In this document: positions 28,356 through 38,414 of the stretch, piece after piece | Layout of the letters: each line of letters opens with the position of its first letter | How positions within the stretch are numbered: the stretch's first letter is position 1 | NCBI GenBank assembly: GCA_050249355.1 | Contig: JBFWQQ010000001.1 | Location: 12,274 to 76,273, forward strand | Reading direction: 5' to 3' | Origin: Alphaproteobacteria bacterium | GTDB taxonomy: Bacteria; Pseudomonadota; Alphaproteobacteria; Rickettsiales; SXRF01 | DNA length: 64,000 nucleotides | Position numbers and translations under genes: made by a program | Notes under the pieces: generated by a model | Seen by the model: only the letters and a program-made list of their open reading frames with translations | What the model was told of the DNA's origin: nothing | Databases searched by the model: none

Positions 28356-29395
28356 TACACTAATCGTATGCCTTTCAGATAGTGGCACAATGCCTGTATA
28401 TTCTCTATCGGTGTGTGTGGCAAAATACCATGTCCAAGATTAAAAACAAAAGGTTTGTCTTTTAAATTTTCCACTATGTCCGCCGCCGTTTGCAGCATGG
28501 CATGCGTGTCCCCTGCAAGCATCTCCGGGTGCAGGCAACCCTGCACTACGATATGCGGTTGTAACTTTTCATGTATCCATTCCAGCGGCACCGAATCGTC
28601 TACACTGATTGCATTAGCTCCGCTTTGCTGTGCGTAGGATAAAAACTTGATTCCCGACTGGCGGGGAAACGCTATCACCGGTAACTGAGGACATTTCTGT
28701 TTTATTTTTTCTATGATGCGCCTGGCCGGTGCGATAGACCATGTAGCATATTCCTGCTCACTCAAAATTCCGGACCAGGAATCAAAAAGCTGGAACACAT
28801 CGGCCCCAGCTTCCGCCTGTTGGATCGCATGGTGTGCAATGGCGTCGATCAGCCGATCAGTCATCTCTGAAAATAATTCCGGCTGCTGCTGCATCATCGC
28901 GCGAACCTTATGGAAAGACCGGCTAGAGCCTCCCTCAATCATGTAACACAATAGTGTCCATGGCGCGCCCGCAAAGCCGATCAACGATTTTTCTTTGGGA
29001 AGTTCTTTTCGCGTCCGTTGTATCGCTTCGTAAACAGGTGCCAATTTTTCCACATCAAATCGCGTATATTTTTTTGCGTCCGTTTTTCCGGTGATCGCAT
29101 CCAGTTTTGGGCCCTCGCCTGTAACGAACGATACGCCTTGCCCGAATGCGTGCGGTATCACCAGTATATCGGAGAATATAATCGCCGCATCCATGTCAAA
29201 GCGACGTACAGGCTGTAACGTTGCTTCGCTAGCTGCCTGTGGCGTATAGCAAAAATGCATGAAGCTTTCATACTTGCTTCTGAGTTCGCGATATTCAGGT
29301 AGCGAACGCCCTGCCTGCCGCATGAACCAGAATGGCGGCCTTTGCTGTTGGGTACCTAATAACGTGCGGTGCAATATCGAATCGGGAGGAATCAT
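28355..29395 (-). CDS. hemE: uroporphyrinogen decarboxylase
   Basis: 346 aa; RPPFWFMRQAGRSLPEYR, DAAIIFSDILV, FAGAPWTL, FNLGHGILP. Confidence 0.95.
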   Translation of the reverse strand: MIPPDSILHRTLLGTQQQRPPFWFMRQAGRSLPEYRELRSKYESFMHFCYTPQAASEATLQPVRRFDMDAAIIFSDILVIPHAFGQGVSFVTGEGPKLDAITGKTDAKKYTRFDVEKLAPVYEAIQRTRKELPKEKSLIGFAGAPWTLLCYMIEGGSSRSFHKVRAMMQQQPELFSEMTDRLIDAIAHHAIQQAEAGADVFQLFDSWSGILSEQEYATWSIAPARRIIEKIKQKCPQLPVIAFPRQSGIKFLSYAQQSGANAISVDDSVPLEWIHEKLQPHIVVQGCLHPEMLAGDTHAMLQTAADIVENLKDKPFVFNLGHGILPHTPIENIQALCHYLKGIRLV

Positions 29396-29731
29396 TAATA
29401 ATAATATTATATATATATTTAAGATAGTAGTAGTAGTTGTATGCAGGCTAAGCGGGGATTAAATTTTATACCTCTATTACTAACAGGAGTTATGATAAAA
29501 ACCAAAGAGGAAAAATACCGGGGAATAAAACTAACTCACGAAAGAAAAATAATAAAATCCCTCAGGGTAAAACGAGGATAAATGGTTATTCTCATTTTTC
29601 ACAGCGGCATGAAATAATAATTCAAATGGGGATAAGCAGGCATAAAGGATAAAAAGAAATATGGATAAAAAGAATACACCGGAATATCAGAAGGATTATA
29701 AGGCATTTATCCCCAATGATGTGAACAGACC
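29396..29731. other. putative chromosomal replication origin (oriC) in the hemE / DUF299-kinase spacer
   Basis: longest, most AT-rich spacer in the window; conserved alphaproteobacterial ori context (hemE | RP001/CC0001 homologue-aroE-coaE-dnaQ); DnaA-box-like cluster; near-pure A/T block 29396-29440; gene-strand switch. Confidence 0.65.
29573..29715. promoter_or_regulatory. cluster of DnaA-box-like motifs
   Basis: GGATAA cores at 29576, 29630, 29647, 29663 (TGGGGATAA 29627-35 and TATGGATAA 29660-68 are 1 mismatch from TGTGGATAA) plus inverted TTATCCCCA 29707-15 (1 mismatch from TTATCCACA). Confidence 0.55.
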
Positions 29732-30556
29732 ATGAAATCATTCATTATTCACCTGGTATCCGATTCGACTGGAGAAACAGTAAGCAGTGTGGCGCGTGCG
29801 GCGCTTGCACAATTCGACGAGATAGAATGTGAAGAATATAACTGGACGCTCGTGCGCAGCAAGCAGCAGATAGACAAGGTCATAGCAGCCATACAAGAAC
29901 ATCCCGGCGTGGTGATGTATACATTAGTGGATGCCGACCTGCACGACCGGTTGAAATCTTCCTGCGCCAAGCTCGGTGTTCCATGTATTCCGGTCCTTTC
30001 GCGTATTGTCAATGAGCTGTCTGCCTACTGGGGGGTAAAAACACACGCGCTTCCCGGAAAACAACACGCGCTGGATCAGGAATATTTTGACCGCGTGGAT
30101 GCCATCAATTATGCGCTGGCGCATGACGACGGACAAGCCCACTGGGAGCTTGAAGAATCAGATATAGTATTGGTGGGCGTTTCACGCACCTCGAAATCGC
30201 CGACCTGCATGTATCTTGCCTATAAGGGATATAAAACCGCCAACGTGCCGTTTGTGCTGGATTGTCCGTTGCCAGAAACGCTGGAGACCCTTACCCGTCC
30301 GCTGGTAGTGGGACTTACGATCAATCCCGAGCGCCTGCAACAGATACGCAAAACACGACTACAGTCATTGAACCAGGAGCAGCATAGCAATTATATCGAC
30401 ATGGAATACATGCAACGGGAAATTGCCGAATCGCGCAAGCTGTTCCAGAAACACCAGTGGCCCGTGATCGATGTGACACGCAGGTCTGTGGAGGAAACAG
30501 CGGCCACCATCATGCAGTTTGAAAAGAAGCATCAGGAAAAAATAAAAGGGAACTGA
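29732..30556 (+). CDS. pyruvate, phosphate dikinase / PEP synthetase regulatory kinase-pyrophosphorylase (DUF299 family)
   Basis: 274 aa; IHLVSDSTGET, P-loop GVSRTSKSPT, YIDMEYMQREI..S; homologue of Rickettsia RP001 / Caulobacter CC0001. Confidence 0.85.
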   Translation: MKSFIIHLVSDSTGETVSSVARAALAQFDEIECEEYNWTLVRSKQQIDKVIAAIQEHPGVVMYTLVDADLHDRLKSSCAKLGVPCIPVLSRIVNELSAYWGVKTHALPGKQHALDQEYFDRVDAINYALAHDDGQAHWELEESDIVLVGVSRTSKSPTCMYLAYKGYKTANVPFVLDCPLPETLETLTRPLVVGLTINPERLQQIRKTRLQSLNQEQHSNYIDMEYMQREIAESRKLFQKHQWPVIDVTRRSVEETAATIMQFEKKHQEKIKGN

Positions 30557-30557
30557 A

Positions 30558-31370
30558 ATGAAGAAACAGGCAGGAATCATAGGCTGGCCGGTTTCGCATA
30601 GCCTGTCTCCTGTGCTGTACAAGTACTGGCTGAAACTGTATAATATAGACGGAGCTTACACGGCAAAAGAAGTAAAACCTGAAAAACTCTCCGGCATTAT
30701 GCAATTCATGCAGGAAAGTAATTTTATAGGATTCAATATTACGGTGCCGCATAAGGAAAAGATCATTCCCCTGCTGGACAGCATAGATACAATTGCCGCC
30801 GCCATCGGCGCTGTAAATACTGTGGTTTACAAGGAAGGCAAATGGCAGGGTACCAATACGGATGTTGCGGGTTTCATAAATTACCTGAAAGTATGTGCCC
30901 CCGACATCCGCACAACCCGGGCCGTGGTGCTGGGAGGGGGGGGAGCGGCGCGCGCCGTGATATATGCGCTGAAACAAATGGGTTTTTCAAATATCACGCT
31001 GTGCAACCGTACAAAGGACAGGGCAACGCAGCTGGCAGAAGAATTTTCTGTGCAGCAGGCCAACTGGGAAAGCCGGGAAAAAATACTGCAGTCAGTAGAC
31101 CTGCTCGTAAATACCACTACCCTGGGCATGGAGCAGAAAGGGCCGCTGGAGATCGACCTGTCGGCATTGCCTCAAGATGCAACAGTGTATGATATTGTAT
31201 ACACGCCACTGAATACCGCATTGTTACAACAGGCCGAGCGGCGTGGAAATAATACGGTCGACGGGCTGGGCATGCTTTTGCACCAGGCAGTTCCGGCGTT
31301 TGAGGCATGGTTTGGTGTGCGGCCTGAAGTTGATGCGGCACTTGGCAGTTATATGAGAGCACAATTATGA
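30558..31370 (+). CDS. aroE: shikimate dehydrogenase
   Basis: 270 aa; IIGWPVSHSLSP, GFNITVPHK, GAVNTV, NTDVAGF, GGGGAARAV. Confidence 0.9.
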   Translation: MKKQAGIIGWPVSHSLSPVLYKYWLKLYNIDGAYTAKEVKPEKLSGIMQFMQESNFIGFNITVPHKEKIIPLLDSIDTIAAAIGAVNTVVYKEGKWQGTNTDVAGFINYLKVCAPDIRTTRAVVLGGGGAARAVIYALKQMGFSNITLCNRTKDRATQLAEEFSVQQANWESREKILQSVDLLVNTTTLGMEQKGPLEIDLSALPQDATVYDIVYTPLNTALLQQAERRGNNTVDGLGMLLHQAVPAFEAWFGVRPEVDAALGSYMRAQL

Positions 31371-31951
31371 AGATCATCGGGTTGACCGGAAGTATTGGCA
31401 TGGGAAAAACCACCATTGCCAACCTTTTTGCGCAGCAAGGGGCAGAAATTTTTAACGCCGATGCGGTAGTACATCATTTGCTTGACCAGAATGCCGCGAT
31501 CATTGATGAGGTGCGCGATATGTTCCCGGAAGCGGTAAAAAAAGGGCAGGTAGATCGCAAAAAACTCGGCGAAATCGTATTTTCCGATACAGGTAAGCGC
31601 AAGCGGCTGGAAGAATTGCTGCATCCTCCCGTGTTTGAGGAGCAGGACCGCTTCCTGCTGCAAAAGAAACGCGAAGGGGCGGCACTGGTGGTGTTGGAGA
31701 TACCGCTGCTATTTGAAACCGGATCGGACGCCATATGTGACATTACAGTAGTGGTCAGCGCGCCGGAGGAGATACAAAAGGAGCGGGTTATGCAGCGTTC
31801 CGGAATGGACGAGGATAAATTCTATGCGATTATTGACAGCCAGATGAGCGATGCGCAGAAACGGAAGCTGGCGGATTATATTGTTGAAACGGATAAAGGC
31901 ATGGAACATAGTCGAACGCAGGTGCAACAGATCATAGAGGAGAACGCATGA
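31367..31951 (+). CDS. coaE: dephospho-CoA kinase
   Basis: 194 aa; [15 protein letters not shown]-loop, EIPLLFE; ATGA overlaps on both sides. Confidence 0.9.
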   Translation: MKIIGLTGSIGMGKTTIANLFAQQGAEIFNADAVVHHLLDQNAAIIDEVRDMFPEAVKKGQVDRKKLGEIVFSDTGKRKRLEELLHPPVFEEQDRFLLQKKREGAALVVLEIPLLFETGSDAICDITVVVSAPEEIQKERVMQRSGMDEDKFYAIIDSQMSDAQKRKLADYIVETDKGMEHSRTQVQQIIEENA

Positions 31952-32628
31952 TGCGCGAGATCGTGCTCGATACCGAGACCACAGGGGTAGACCCCTATAG
32001 CGGCCACCGTATCGTGGAAATTGGCTGCATAGAGCTGCATGGCACCATGCCCACGGGAAAACATTTCCACGTCTATCTGAATCCCGAACGCGACATGCCC
32101 GAAGAGGCTTTCCGTGTGCACGGACTATCCGGAGATTTTCTGAAAGACAAGCCGCTATTTTCCGAAGTGGTGGATGCATTCATGGAATTCATCGGGGATT
32201 CCCAGCTGGTTATTCATAATGCGCAGTTCGACATGCGATTCATCAATACCGAGCTGGAGCGGCTGGGGTTTTCGCCATTGCCGATGAGCCGGTCGATTGA
32301 TACCGTGCAGATGGCACGCAGGAAATTTCCTGGCTCGCCCGCCAGCCTGGATGCACTGTGTCGCCGTTTCGAGATCGATCTGTCGGCTCGTTCACTGCAT
32401 GGCGCGCTCCTCGATGCCCAGCTGCTTGCAGACGTGTACCTTGAATTAACGGGCGGCAGGCAGGCGCTGTTGGATCTGCAGAGGGATAAAGTGCAGCCGG
32501 TATTGCCCGGCGACGAGCAGGTGCCCCGCAAGATATTGGAAGCAAGGAGCTTTCCGGTAAGTCCGCAGGAGCTTGAGGCGCATGCCAGCATGCTGGCGGG
32601 CATGAAAAACCCCCTTTGGAATAACTGA
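31948..32628 (+). CDS. dnaQ: DNA polymerase III subunit epsilon (3'-5' exonuclease)
   Basis: 226 aa; ExoI VLDTETTG, Exo[13 protein letters not shown], Exo[18 protein letters not shown]. Confidence 0.9.
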   Translation: MMREIVLDTETTGVDPYSGHRIVEIGCIELHGTMPTGKHFHVYLNPERDMPEEAFRVHGLSGDFLKDKPLFSEVVDAFMEFIGDSQLVIHNAQFDMRFINTELERLGFSPLPMSRSIDTVQMARRKFPGSPASLDALCRRFEIDLSARSLHGALLDAQLLADVYLELTGGRQALLDLQRDKVQPVLPGDEQVPRKILEARSFPVSPQELEAHASMLAGMKNPLWNN

Positions 32629-32632
32629 ACAT

Positions 32633-32667
32633 AAAAAAAAGCCCCCGCCGTTGGGCGAGGGCTTTTT
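32633..32667. terminator. bidirectional rho-independent terminator
   Basis: A8 - GCCCCCGCC/GGGCGAGGGC stem-loop - T5 between convergent dnaQ and the OmpA-family gene. Confidence 0.8.
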
Positions 32668-32686
32668 CAAGTTTAGAACAACCGAA

Positions 32687-33259
32687 CTACTCTTTAATGT
32701 TCAGTTCGATTTCTACGCGGCGATCCGCTGCCAGACAAGCGATAAGCTCGTTGCGCGGCAGGTTGGAATCACAGCTGGTAACAGACATTTTTTCACCCAT
32801 TGCTTCCAGACGAACGTTGCGGGTTTTCAGGCCTTTGGAAGCCAGATACGAACGTACCGTGCGGGCACGACGCTGAGACAGGGCGCGGTTGTAGCTGCTG
32901 GTACCGATCATATCAGCGAAACCAACGATATCTACGCTTTCAACCTGCGAAGAGCTCGCGATGATCTCAGACAGGCTGTCCAGCTTCGTTTTTTCCGAAG
33001 CGTTCAGGGTCGATTTGTTGAAGTCAAAATAAACCGTACGGTTCTCCTTGCTCAGGCGAGCGCGGATATCACCGCCGCGGCACTCATCCATATCGGCGGG
33101 CCACTTGGTAACTACGCAGTTACCGAAGCTGTTCAATACTACGTTGCCACGTGCGTCCTTAACGACATCGTGGATACCTTCGTGCATAGCCATAGCCGAA
33201 GCGGGAGCCAAGAGAGCACCAACTGTTGCCAGCATGCAGGCTTTTCTTAATATTGTCAT
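32687..33259 (-). CDS. OmpA-family (OmpA_C peptidoglycan-binding) protein, secreted
   Basis: signal peptide MTILRKACMLATVGALLAPASAMA; C-terminal VYFDFNKSTL, GFADMIGTSSYNRALSQRRA..V, RRVEIEL; ATG 33259 has AGGA upstream (track start 33265 is TTG). Confidence 0.85.
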   Translation of the reverse strand: MTILRKACMLATVGALLAPASAMAMHEGIHDVVKDARGNVVLNSFGNCVVTKWPADMDECRGGDIRARLSKENRTVYFDFNKSTLNASEKTKLDSLSEIIASSSQVESVDIVGFADMIGTSSYNRALSQRRARTVRSYLASKGLKTRNVRLEAMGEKMSVTSCDSNLPRNELIACLAADRRVEIELNIKE

Positions 33260-33509
33260 GTGCAAATCATCCTATTTTTTAGTTATCAAGTAATGACGTG
33301 TTTAAATAACCATCTGACAACGAAAAATAATCGAAAAGGCAGGCAAACGCAAACCCTATTTTAGCCGTAAATATTGCATAAAGAGCATTTAGAAAATCAA
33401 TAAATATCATAGCGTTATAGGATATTTTAATGCCGCACTTACAAGGGGCCCGGAAAATTACTATGCCAGTGATGCCGTATTGCCACAGATAGACAAAGTT
33501 CTATATGAA

Positions 33510-33986
33510 TCAGTCGGTTGCTATTTTTGTCCGTGCCTTGTTTTGCAGGTACAACGCATGGAAATCGATAGGGTCCAGCATCAATGGCGGGAAACCGCCA
33601 TCACGCGTGACGTCTGATATCACCCGGCGCGCGAACGGGAACAATACAAACGGGCAGTCGACCAGCAATACATGCTGCACCTGGTCTTCGGGAATTCCTG
33701 TCACCTGGAAAATACCACCATAGGCCAGCTCCACCAGAAACATGGTGTTGCTTTCGACGCTGGCTTTAGCAGCAATATGCATGGTCATTTCAAATATGTT
33801 GTCCTGCAGCTTCTGTGCGCGCAGGTCGACATTCACTTCGATGGCCGGTTTCGTATCAGACTGCAGGAGGCTGTGCGGAGCGTGGGGGTTCTCAAAAGAC
33901 AGGTCTTTGATATACTGCCCCTTTACTGCAAAACTGGGTGTTGCGCTTCTGGGCGGACCCGGATGCTCTGATTTTAGTTCGTTCAT
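33510..33986 (-). CDS. secB: protein-export chaperone SecB
   Basis: FAVKGQYIKDLSFENPHAP, PFVLFPFARRVISDVTRDGGFPPLMLDPIDF; start at ATG 33986 (MNELKSEH) rather than 34040. Confidence 0.9.
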   Translation of the reverse strand: MNELKSEHPGPPRSATPSFAVKGQYIKDLSFENPHAPHSLLQSDTKPAIEVNVDLRAQKLQDNIFEMTMHIAAKASVESNTMFLVELAYGGIFQVTGIPEDQVQHVLLVDCPFVLFPFARRVISDVTRDGGFPPLMLDPIDFHALYLQNKARTKIATD

Positions 33987-34069
33987 TATTTGATTCCTTC
34001 GCCTGGAAGTTATAGAAATGCTATGAACATAGAAACACAACCGCTAAATGACAATAAGGAATAATTAAT

Positions 34070-34750
34070 ATGTCCGAAGGAGTTGCTTACGCAGATATAC
34101 TGATCATCGCGCTGATCGCGGGATTTATTTTACTCCGGCTGCGCAATGTGCTTGGCCAGAAAACTGGCCACGATAACCCGCAACACTTTATCAGGCCGCG
34201 CCCCAATGCGGTTGAGAATAAGGATAAAATTGTCCAGCTGCACGATAAGCCCATCAAGGCAAAGCCTAAATCAAAGGAAGACCCTTTCATCGAAAAGATA
34301 AAGGATGCACGTGTTGCCGGGACACTCAAGGATATTCGCGCCAAAGACAGCGAGTTCGATGCCGGCCAGTTTCTCGACGGAGCGAAAATGGCGTTCGAGA
34401 TGGTGTTCGATGCCTTCTCCAGTAACGACAAAGAAACGCTGAAAATGCTGCTTGCCGATAATATCTACGAAGAATTTGCCGGCGAAATCTCCAAACGCGA
34501 AGAGCAGGAAAATAAAACGGAAACCACACTGGTGGCCGTGCTGTCCAAAGACATAGCCGACGCCATGCTGGTGGGCGACTTGGCGCGCATCACTGTAAAG
34601 TTCGTAACGGAGCAGGTCACCGTAGTGCGCGACGCTGCCGGTGAAATCATCGACGGCGATGCATCGGATACCGAACATGTCGAGAACGAATGGACATTCG
34701 AGCGTGACGTCACCTCGAAAAACCCCAACTGGAAGATTATAGAAACGTGA
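34070..34750 (+). CDS. Tim44-like domain protein (inner-membrane anchored)
   Basis: 226 aa; N-terminal TM helix ILIIALIAGFILLRL, C-terminal Tim44-like fold region (F..GAKMAFEMV..AF, WTFERD...NPNWKI). Confidence 0.8.
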   Translation: MSEGVAYADILIIALIAGFILLRLRNVLGQKTGHDNPQHFIRPRPNAVENKDKIVQLHDKPIKAKPKSKEDPFIEKIKDARVAGTLKDIRAKDSEFDAGQFLDGAKMAFEMVFDAFSSNDKETLKMLLADNIYEEFAGEISKREEQENKTETTLVAVLSKDIADAMLVGDLARITVKFVTEQVTVVRDAAGEIIDGDASDTEHVENEWTFERDVTSKNPNWKIIET

Positions 34751-35853
34751 CGCATTCGCTTCTGCCCTTACGGTGTATTGCCGCAATACTGTTGCTTGCC
34801 GCCTGTGAGCCAGTGCAGCAGGAGGAACGTTTCACCGCGACACGCACCGAATATTCGGCGCTGGACGGCTGGATGACAGATGACCATGCGGCTGCACGCG
34901 CGGCATTTGTGGTATCGTGCCAGAAACTGTATGACAAACCGCAGGCAACAACCGAAGAAAGCCAGATCACTATCGGTAGGGAAGCATGGGAGAAACCCTG
35001 CGTTGCCGCACAAAAGATTGCGAATGACACGGCGGCGGCACGGTTGTTCTTTGAGCATTACTTCACACCCTTCACTATAACTAACAACGATGAGCCGGAA
35101 GGATTATTCACCGGATATTACGAGCCGCTATTATATGGCGCGCGCGCGCAGGGAGGCGACTTCCGCTATCCGGTATATGGCCGTCCCGATGACCTGATCG
35201 AAGGGACGCCATATCTGACGCGCGAGCAAATCGAAACACAGGGGCTAGAAAAAAAGGCACCGGTTCTGGCATGGGTGGAAGATCCGGCCATGCTGTTCTT
35301 CATGCAGGTGCAGGGCAGCGGCCGCATTCGTTTCATGCAAGGCCCCGATATGCGGGTGGGCTTTGCCGGGCGTAATGGACATGGCTACCAGTCGGTCGGG
35401 AAGATCATGCGCGAAGAGGGGCTGGTGCCGGAAGACCAGCTGGATTTTTTTGGTATTCGCCAGTGGCTGTATAAAAACCCAACCAAAGCGCGCGCAATGA
35501 TGTGGCGCAACCCGTCGTATATCTTTTTCCGTGAAATGGAAGGCGACGGCCCTGTCGGCGGCGCAGGCGTAGCGCTGACGCCGGGACGGTCGCTGGCTGT
35601 AGACAAGCGTTATATACCGTATGGCCTGCCATTGTTTGTGCAAACCGAATTGCCTGCAGGCCCCGGCCGCGAGGCCGAACCGCTGAACCGCCTGATGATT
35701 GCGCAGGACACAGGTGGGGCTATCAAAGGGCCGGTGCGCGGCGATGTATTTTTCGGTTATGGCGACGACGCGGAGTATTATGCGGGGCGCATGAAATCCC
35801 AGGGCCGTGCGACATTGCTGGTGCCAAAGGCAGTAGCAAGCCAGCTGGAATAG
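34747..35853 (+). CDS. mltA: murein transglycosylase A
   Basis: 368 aa; lipoprotein-like N-terminus (LLLAAC), MltA/3D-domain motifs FMQVQGSGR, GHGYQSVGK, DTGGAIKG..R.D.F.G. Confidence 0.85.
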   Translation: MTHSLLPLRCIAAILLLAACEPVQQEERFTATRTEYSALDGWMTDDHAAARAAFVVSCQKLYDKPQATTEESQITIGREAWEKPCVAAQKIANDTAAARLFFEHYFTPFTITNNDEPEGLFTGYYEPLLYGARAQGGDFRYPVYGRPDDLIEGTPYLTREQIETQGLEKKAPVLAWVEDPAMLFFMQVQGSGRIRFMQGPDMRVGFAGRNGHGYQSVGKIMREEGLVPEDQLDFFGIRQWLYKNPTKARAMMWRNPSYIFFREMEGDGPVGGAGVALTPGRSLAVDKRYIPYGLPLFVQTELPAGPGREAEPLNRLMIAQDTGGAIKGPVRGDVFFGYGDDAEYYAGRMKSQGRATLLVPKAVASQLE

Positions 35854-35855
35854 CC

Positions 35856-36410
35856 ATGCCGAAGAAACCTCCCCCACGCAACCTGACCCCGGAAGAACAA
35901 GCGGCCTGGCAGGCAGCGGCCGGATTGGTCACGCCGCTGCGCGCCCGCGAAAAAAAAACCAAACCGGTGAAGGCGCCCCAGCGTCCGGTATCGCACGAGC
36001 GGCCGGCACGCGCCGACATGCCGTACAGCAGAAAACCGCAACAACCGCTGGGTAAGGGGCAGTATGACGGAGTGGATAAAAGTACGCGCGAACGTTTCCG
36101 CAAGGGCGACTATCCTATTGATGCGCGGCTCGACCTGCACGGAATGACGCACGATCGTGCGTGCCGCGCGGTTGAGGATTTCATCCATCACCATTACCTA
36201 GAGCAGCACCGTTGCCTGCTGATCGTCACCGGCAAAGGCAATCAGGCATCCGATGCCGTGGCACAGCGCGGAGTGTTGCGGGCGGCGCTGCCGGGCTGGC
36301 TTGCCGATGCCAGCCTGCGCCCGTATATACTGGCATTTGACACGGCGAAACCGAAGCACGGCGGCAGCGGTGCCGTCTATGTGCTTCTCAAGCGCAGGCG
36401 CAGCACATGA
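35856..36410 (+). CDS. Smr-domain protein
   Basis: 184 aa; C-terminal Smr domain (LDLHGMT...A, LIVTGKG, GVLR..LP.WL); basic disordered N-terminus. Confidence 0.8.
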   Translation: MPKKPPPRNLTPEEQAAWQAAAGLVTPLRAREKKTKPVKAPQRPVSHERPARADMPYSRKPQQPLGKGQYDGVDKSTRERFRKGDYPIDARLDLHGMTHDRACRAVEDFIHHHYLEQHRCLLIVTGKGNQASDAVAQRGVLRAALPGWLADASLRPYILAFDTAKPKHGGSGAVYVLLKRRRST

Positions 36411-37108
36411 GCAATGCGACCCCGCACGTACTGGTGGTAGATGATGATGACCGACTGCGCCGGTTACTCGAAAAATTCCTGCGCGAACAGGGCTTCGTGG
36501 TCACTACTGTGTCCGGTACGAAGGAGGCGCGGCGGGCGCTGGAAACATTGCAATTCGATGCCTTGGTGCTTGATGTCATGATGCCGGGAGAAACCGGGCT
36601 GGAGTTTCTTGCTGCCTTGCAGCCGTCCGTGCGTCCGCCGGTGCTGATGCTGTCGGCCATGGGTGAAGCCGATGACCGCATCAAAGGCCTGGAAGTGGGC
36701 GCGGATGATTATCTTGCCAAACCGTTCGAGCCCAAAGAGCTGGTGCTCAGGATACAATCGATCCTGCGGCGCAATACCGAAGAACCCGCCGCACCGGGAC
36801 GGCTGGTATTCGGCGAGAATATATTCGATATGCATAATGGCCAGTTACAGCGCAGCCATCAGAGCATTGCCCTGACGTCCGGTGAAGTGGGGATGATGCG
36901 GCTGCTGGGGCAGAAGGCCGGGTTGCCGGTAAGCCGTGATGAGCTGGCAGCGACCTTACCGGGTACGGTCAGCGAACGCAGCGTGGACGTACACATCACC
37001 CGGCTGCGCAAAAAGATCGAAGAGCACGAAGGCAAGCCGGTGCATCTGCAAACCGTGCGCGGCAAAGGCTATGTGCTGTATGCTGCCCGTCAGGACAAAC
37101 CACTATGA
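36407..37108 (+). CDS. OmpR-family response regulator
   Basis: 233 aa; VLVVDDD, DALVLDVMMPGETG, AKPFEP, winged helix (RSVDVHITRLRKKIE, VRGKGY). Confidence 0.9.
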   Translation: MSNATPHVLVVDDDDRLRRLLEKFLREQGFVVTTVSGTKEARRALETLQFDALVLDVMMPGETGLEFLAALQPSVRPPVLMLSAMGEADDRIKGLEVGADDYLAKPFEPKELVLRIQSILRRNTEEPAAPGRLVFGENIFDMHNGQLQRSHQSIALTSGEVGMMRLLGQKAGLPVSRDELAATLPGTVSERSVDVHITRLRKKIEEHEGKPVHLQTVRGKGYVLYAARQDKPL

Positions 37109-38400
37109 TCAGCAAGCGTTTCCTGCCTAAAAGCCTGTTCGGTCGCGCGCTGCTGATCCTCATCCTGCCGACCGTGCTGATCCAGCTGGTGATGGTGTTC
37201 GTATTCTTCGACCGCCACTGGCAAAGCGTGACGCGTTACATGAACCAGTCGCTGGCCGGAGAGATGGCCTTCCTGCTCGACCAGCTGGAAACCGTACCGC
37301 TGGAGCAGACCGGCAACATGATCCGCAGTTTCGAACGCGCCACCGCTATCACCGTATTTTTCGATCCACCCGAAGCGTTCAACCCGTCACTGGCAACTGG
37401 TGATTTCCCGCAGTTCCAGCAGACACTCCGGCATAATATCAGCAAGCCCTTTACCGTGCGCCGCATAGCGCGGGACGAGCTGATCGAGGTTTCCATACAA
37501 CAGGAACATAACACGCTACGGCTGCTTTCCACCGTCAAGCGCCTGGAAAGCCGTACTACGGTTATTTATCTGGTGTGGGTAATGGCGACCTCGGTGATAT
37601 TCCTTGTCATTGCGGTAATATTCCTGCGTAACCAGATCCGCCCGATCGGCAGGTTGGCCAAGGCGGCGGAAGATTTTGGCCGTGGGCTGGATTCGCCGGG
37701 TTTCCGTCCGCATGGCGCGCGTGAAGTGCGACAGGCCGCCAAGGCGTTCGTGGTGATGCGCGAGCGTATCTCGCGGCAGGTGCGCGCACGTACCGAAATG
37801 CTGGCCGGCATATCGCATGACCTGCGCACGCCGCTGACCCGTATGAAACTGCAATTGGCCATGCTCGAAGACAGCGAGGCGGCAAAGGACCTGAGCGAGG
37901 ACGTGCAGCAGATGGAGCACATGATCGAAGAATATCTGGATTTTGTCCGAGGCGGCAGCGGCGAGGAAACCGCCGCGATCGACCTGCATGGGTGGCTGGC
38001 GGGAATAGTGGAGGATTACCAGCGCCATAATGCGCCGGTCACGCTGGGCAATGCCGACGAAGTAAAAAAAGAGATCCGCCCGATCGCTTTTACGCGCGCG
38101 CTGCACAACCTGATCGATAATGCGCTGCGTTATGGCAAGCGTTGCAACGTACATCTGCACAAAACCGTGAATTATTGCGAGATCGTGATCGACGATGAAG
38201 GTATGGGAATTCCGGTAGATAAACAGGATGAAGTATTCAAGCCGTTCACACGGCTCGATGCATCGCGTAATATGAAAACCGGCGGCGTGGGGCTGGGGCT
38301 GACCATTGCGCGTGACGTCGTGTTGGCACATGGCGGTAATATTTCGCTTGAAACCTCGCCTGCGGGCGGGCTAAGGGTGGTGATACGCCTACCGCTATAA
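37105..38400 (+). CDS. EnvZ-like sensor histidine kinase
   Basis: 431 aa; two TM helices, HAMP, H-box MLAGISHDLRTPLTRM, N box LIDNALRYG, G boxes DDEGMGIP, GGVGLGLTI; ATGA overlap with regulator. Confidence 0.85.
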   Translation: MISKRFLPKSLFGRALLILILPTVLIQLVMVFVFFDRHWQSVTRYMNQSLAGEMAFLLDQLETVPLEQTGNMIRSFERATAITVFFDPPEAFNPSLATGDFPQFQQTLRHNISKPFTVRRIARDELIEVSIQQEHNTLRLLSTVKRLESRTTVIYLVWVMATSVIFLVIAVIFLRNQIRPIGRLAKAAEDFGRGLDSPGFRPHGAREVRQAAKAFVVMRERISRQVRARTEMLAGISHDLRTPLTRMKLQLAMLEDSEAAKDLSEDVQQMEHMIEEYLDFVRGGSGEETAAIDLHGWLAGIVEDYQRHNAPVTLGNADEVKKEIRPIAFTRALHNLIDNALRYGKRCNVHLHKTVNYCEIVIDDEGMGIPVDKQDEVFKPFTRLDASRNMKTGGVGLGLTIARDVVLAHGGNISLETSPAGGLRVVIRLPL

Positions 38401-38414
38401 ACGGAGTTATTGGT

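Noticed and set aside
29408-29436. (AT)n and (TAG)4 microrepeats as a VNTR or CRISPR-like array
   Set aside because: They total only about 10-13 nt each, with no spacer-repeat periodicity. They are interpreted as part of the A/T-rich unwinding block.
29396-29731. CtrA (TTAA-N7-TTAA) sites in the putative origin
   Set aside because: I scanned by eye and found only half-sites (for example TTAATAATAATATTA). No exact TTAA-N7-TTAA is present, so none is called.
37516-38331. 271-aa ORF on the - strand inside the EnvZ-like kinase gene
   Set aside because: Antisense shadow ORF. The sense-strand gene has complete H, N and G boxes.
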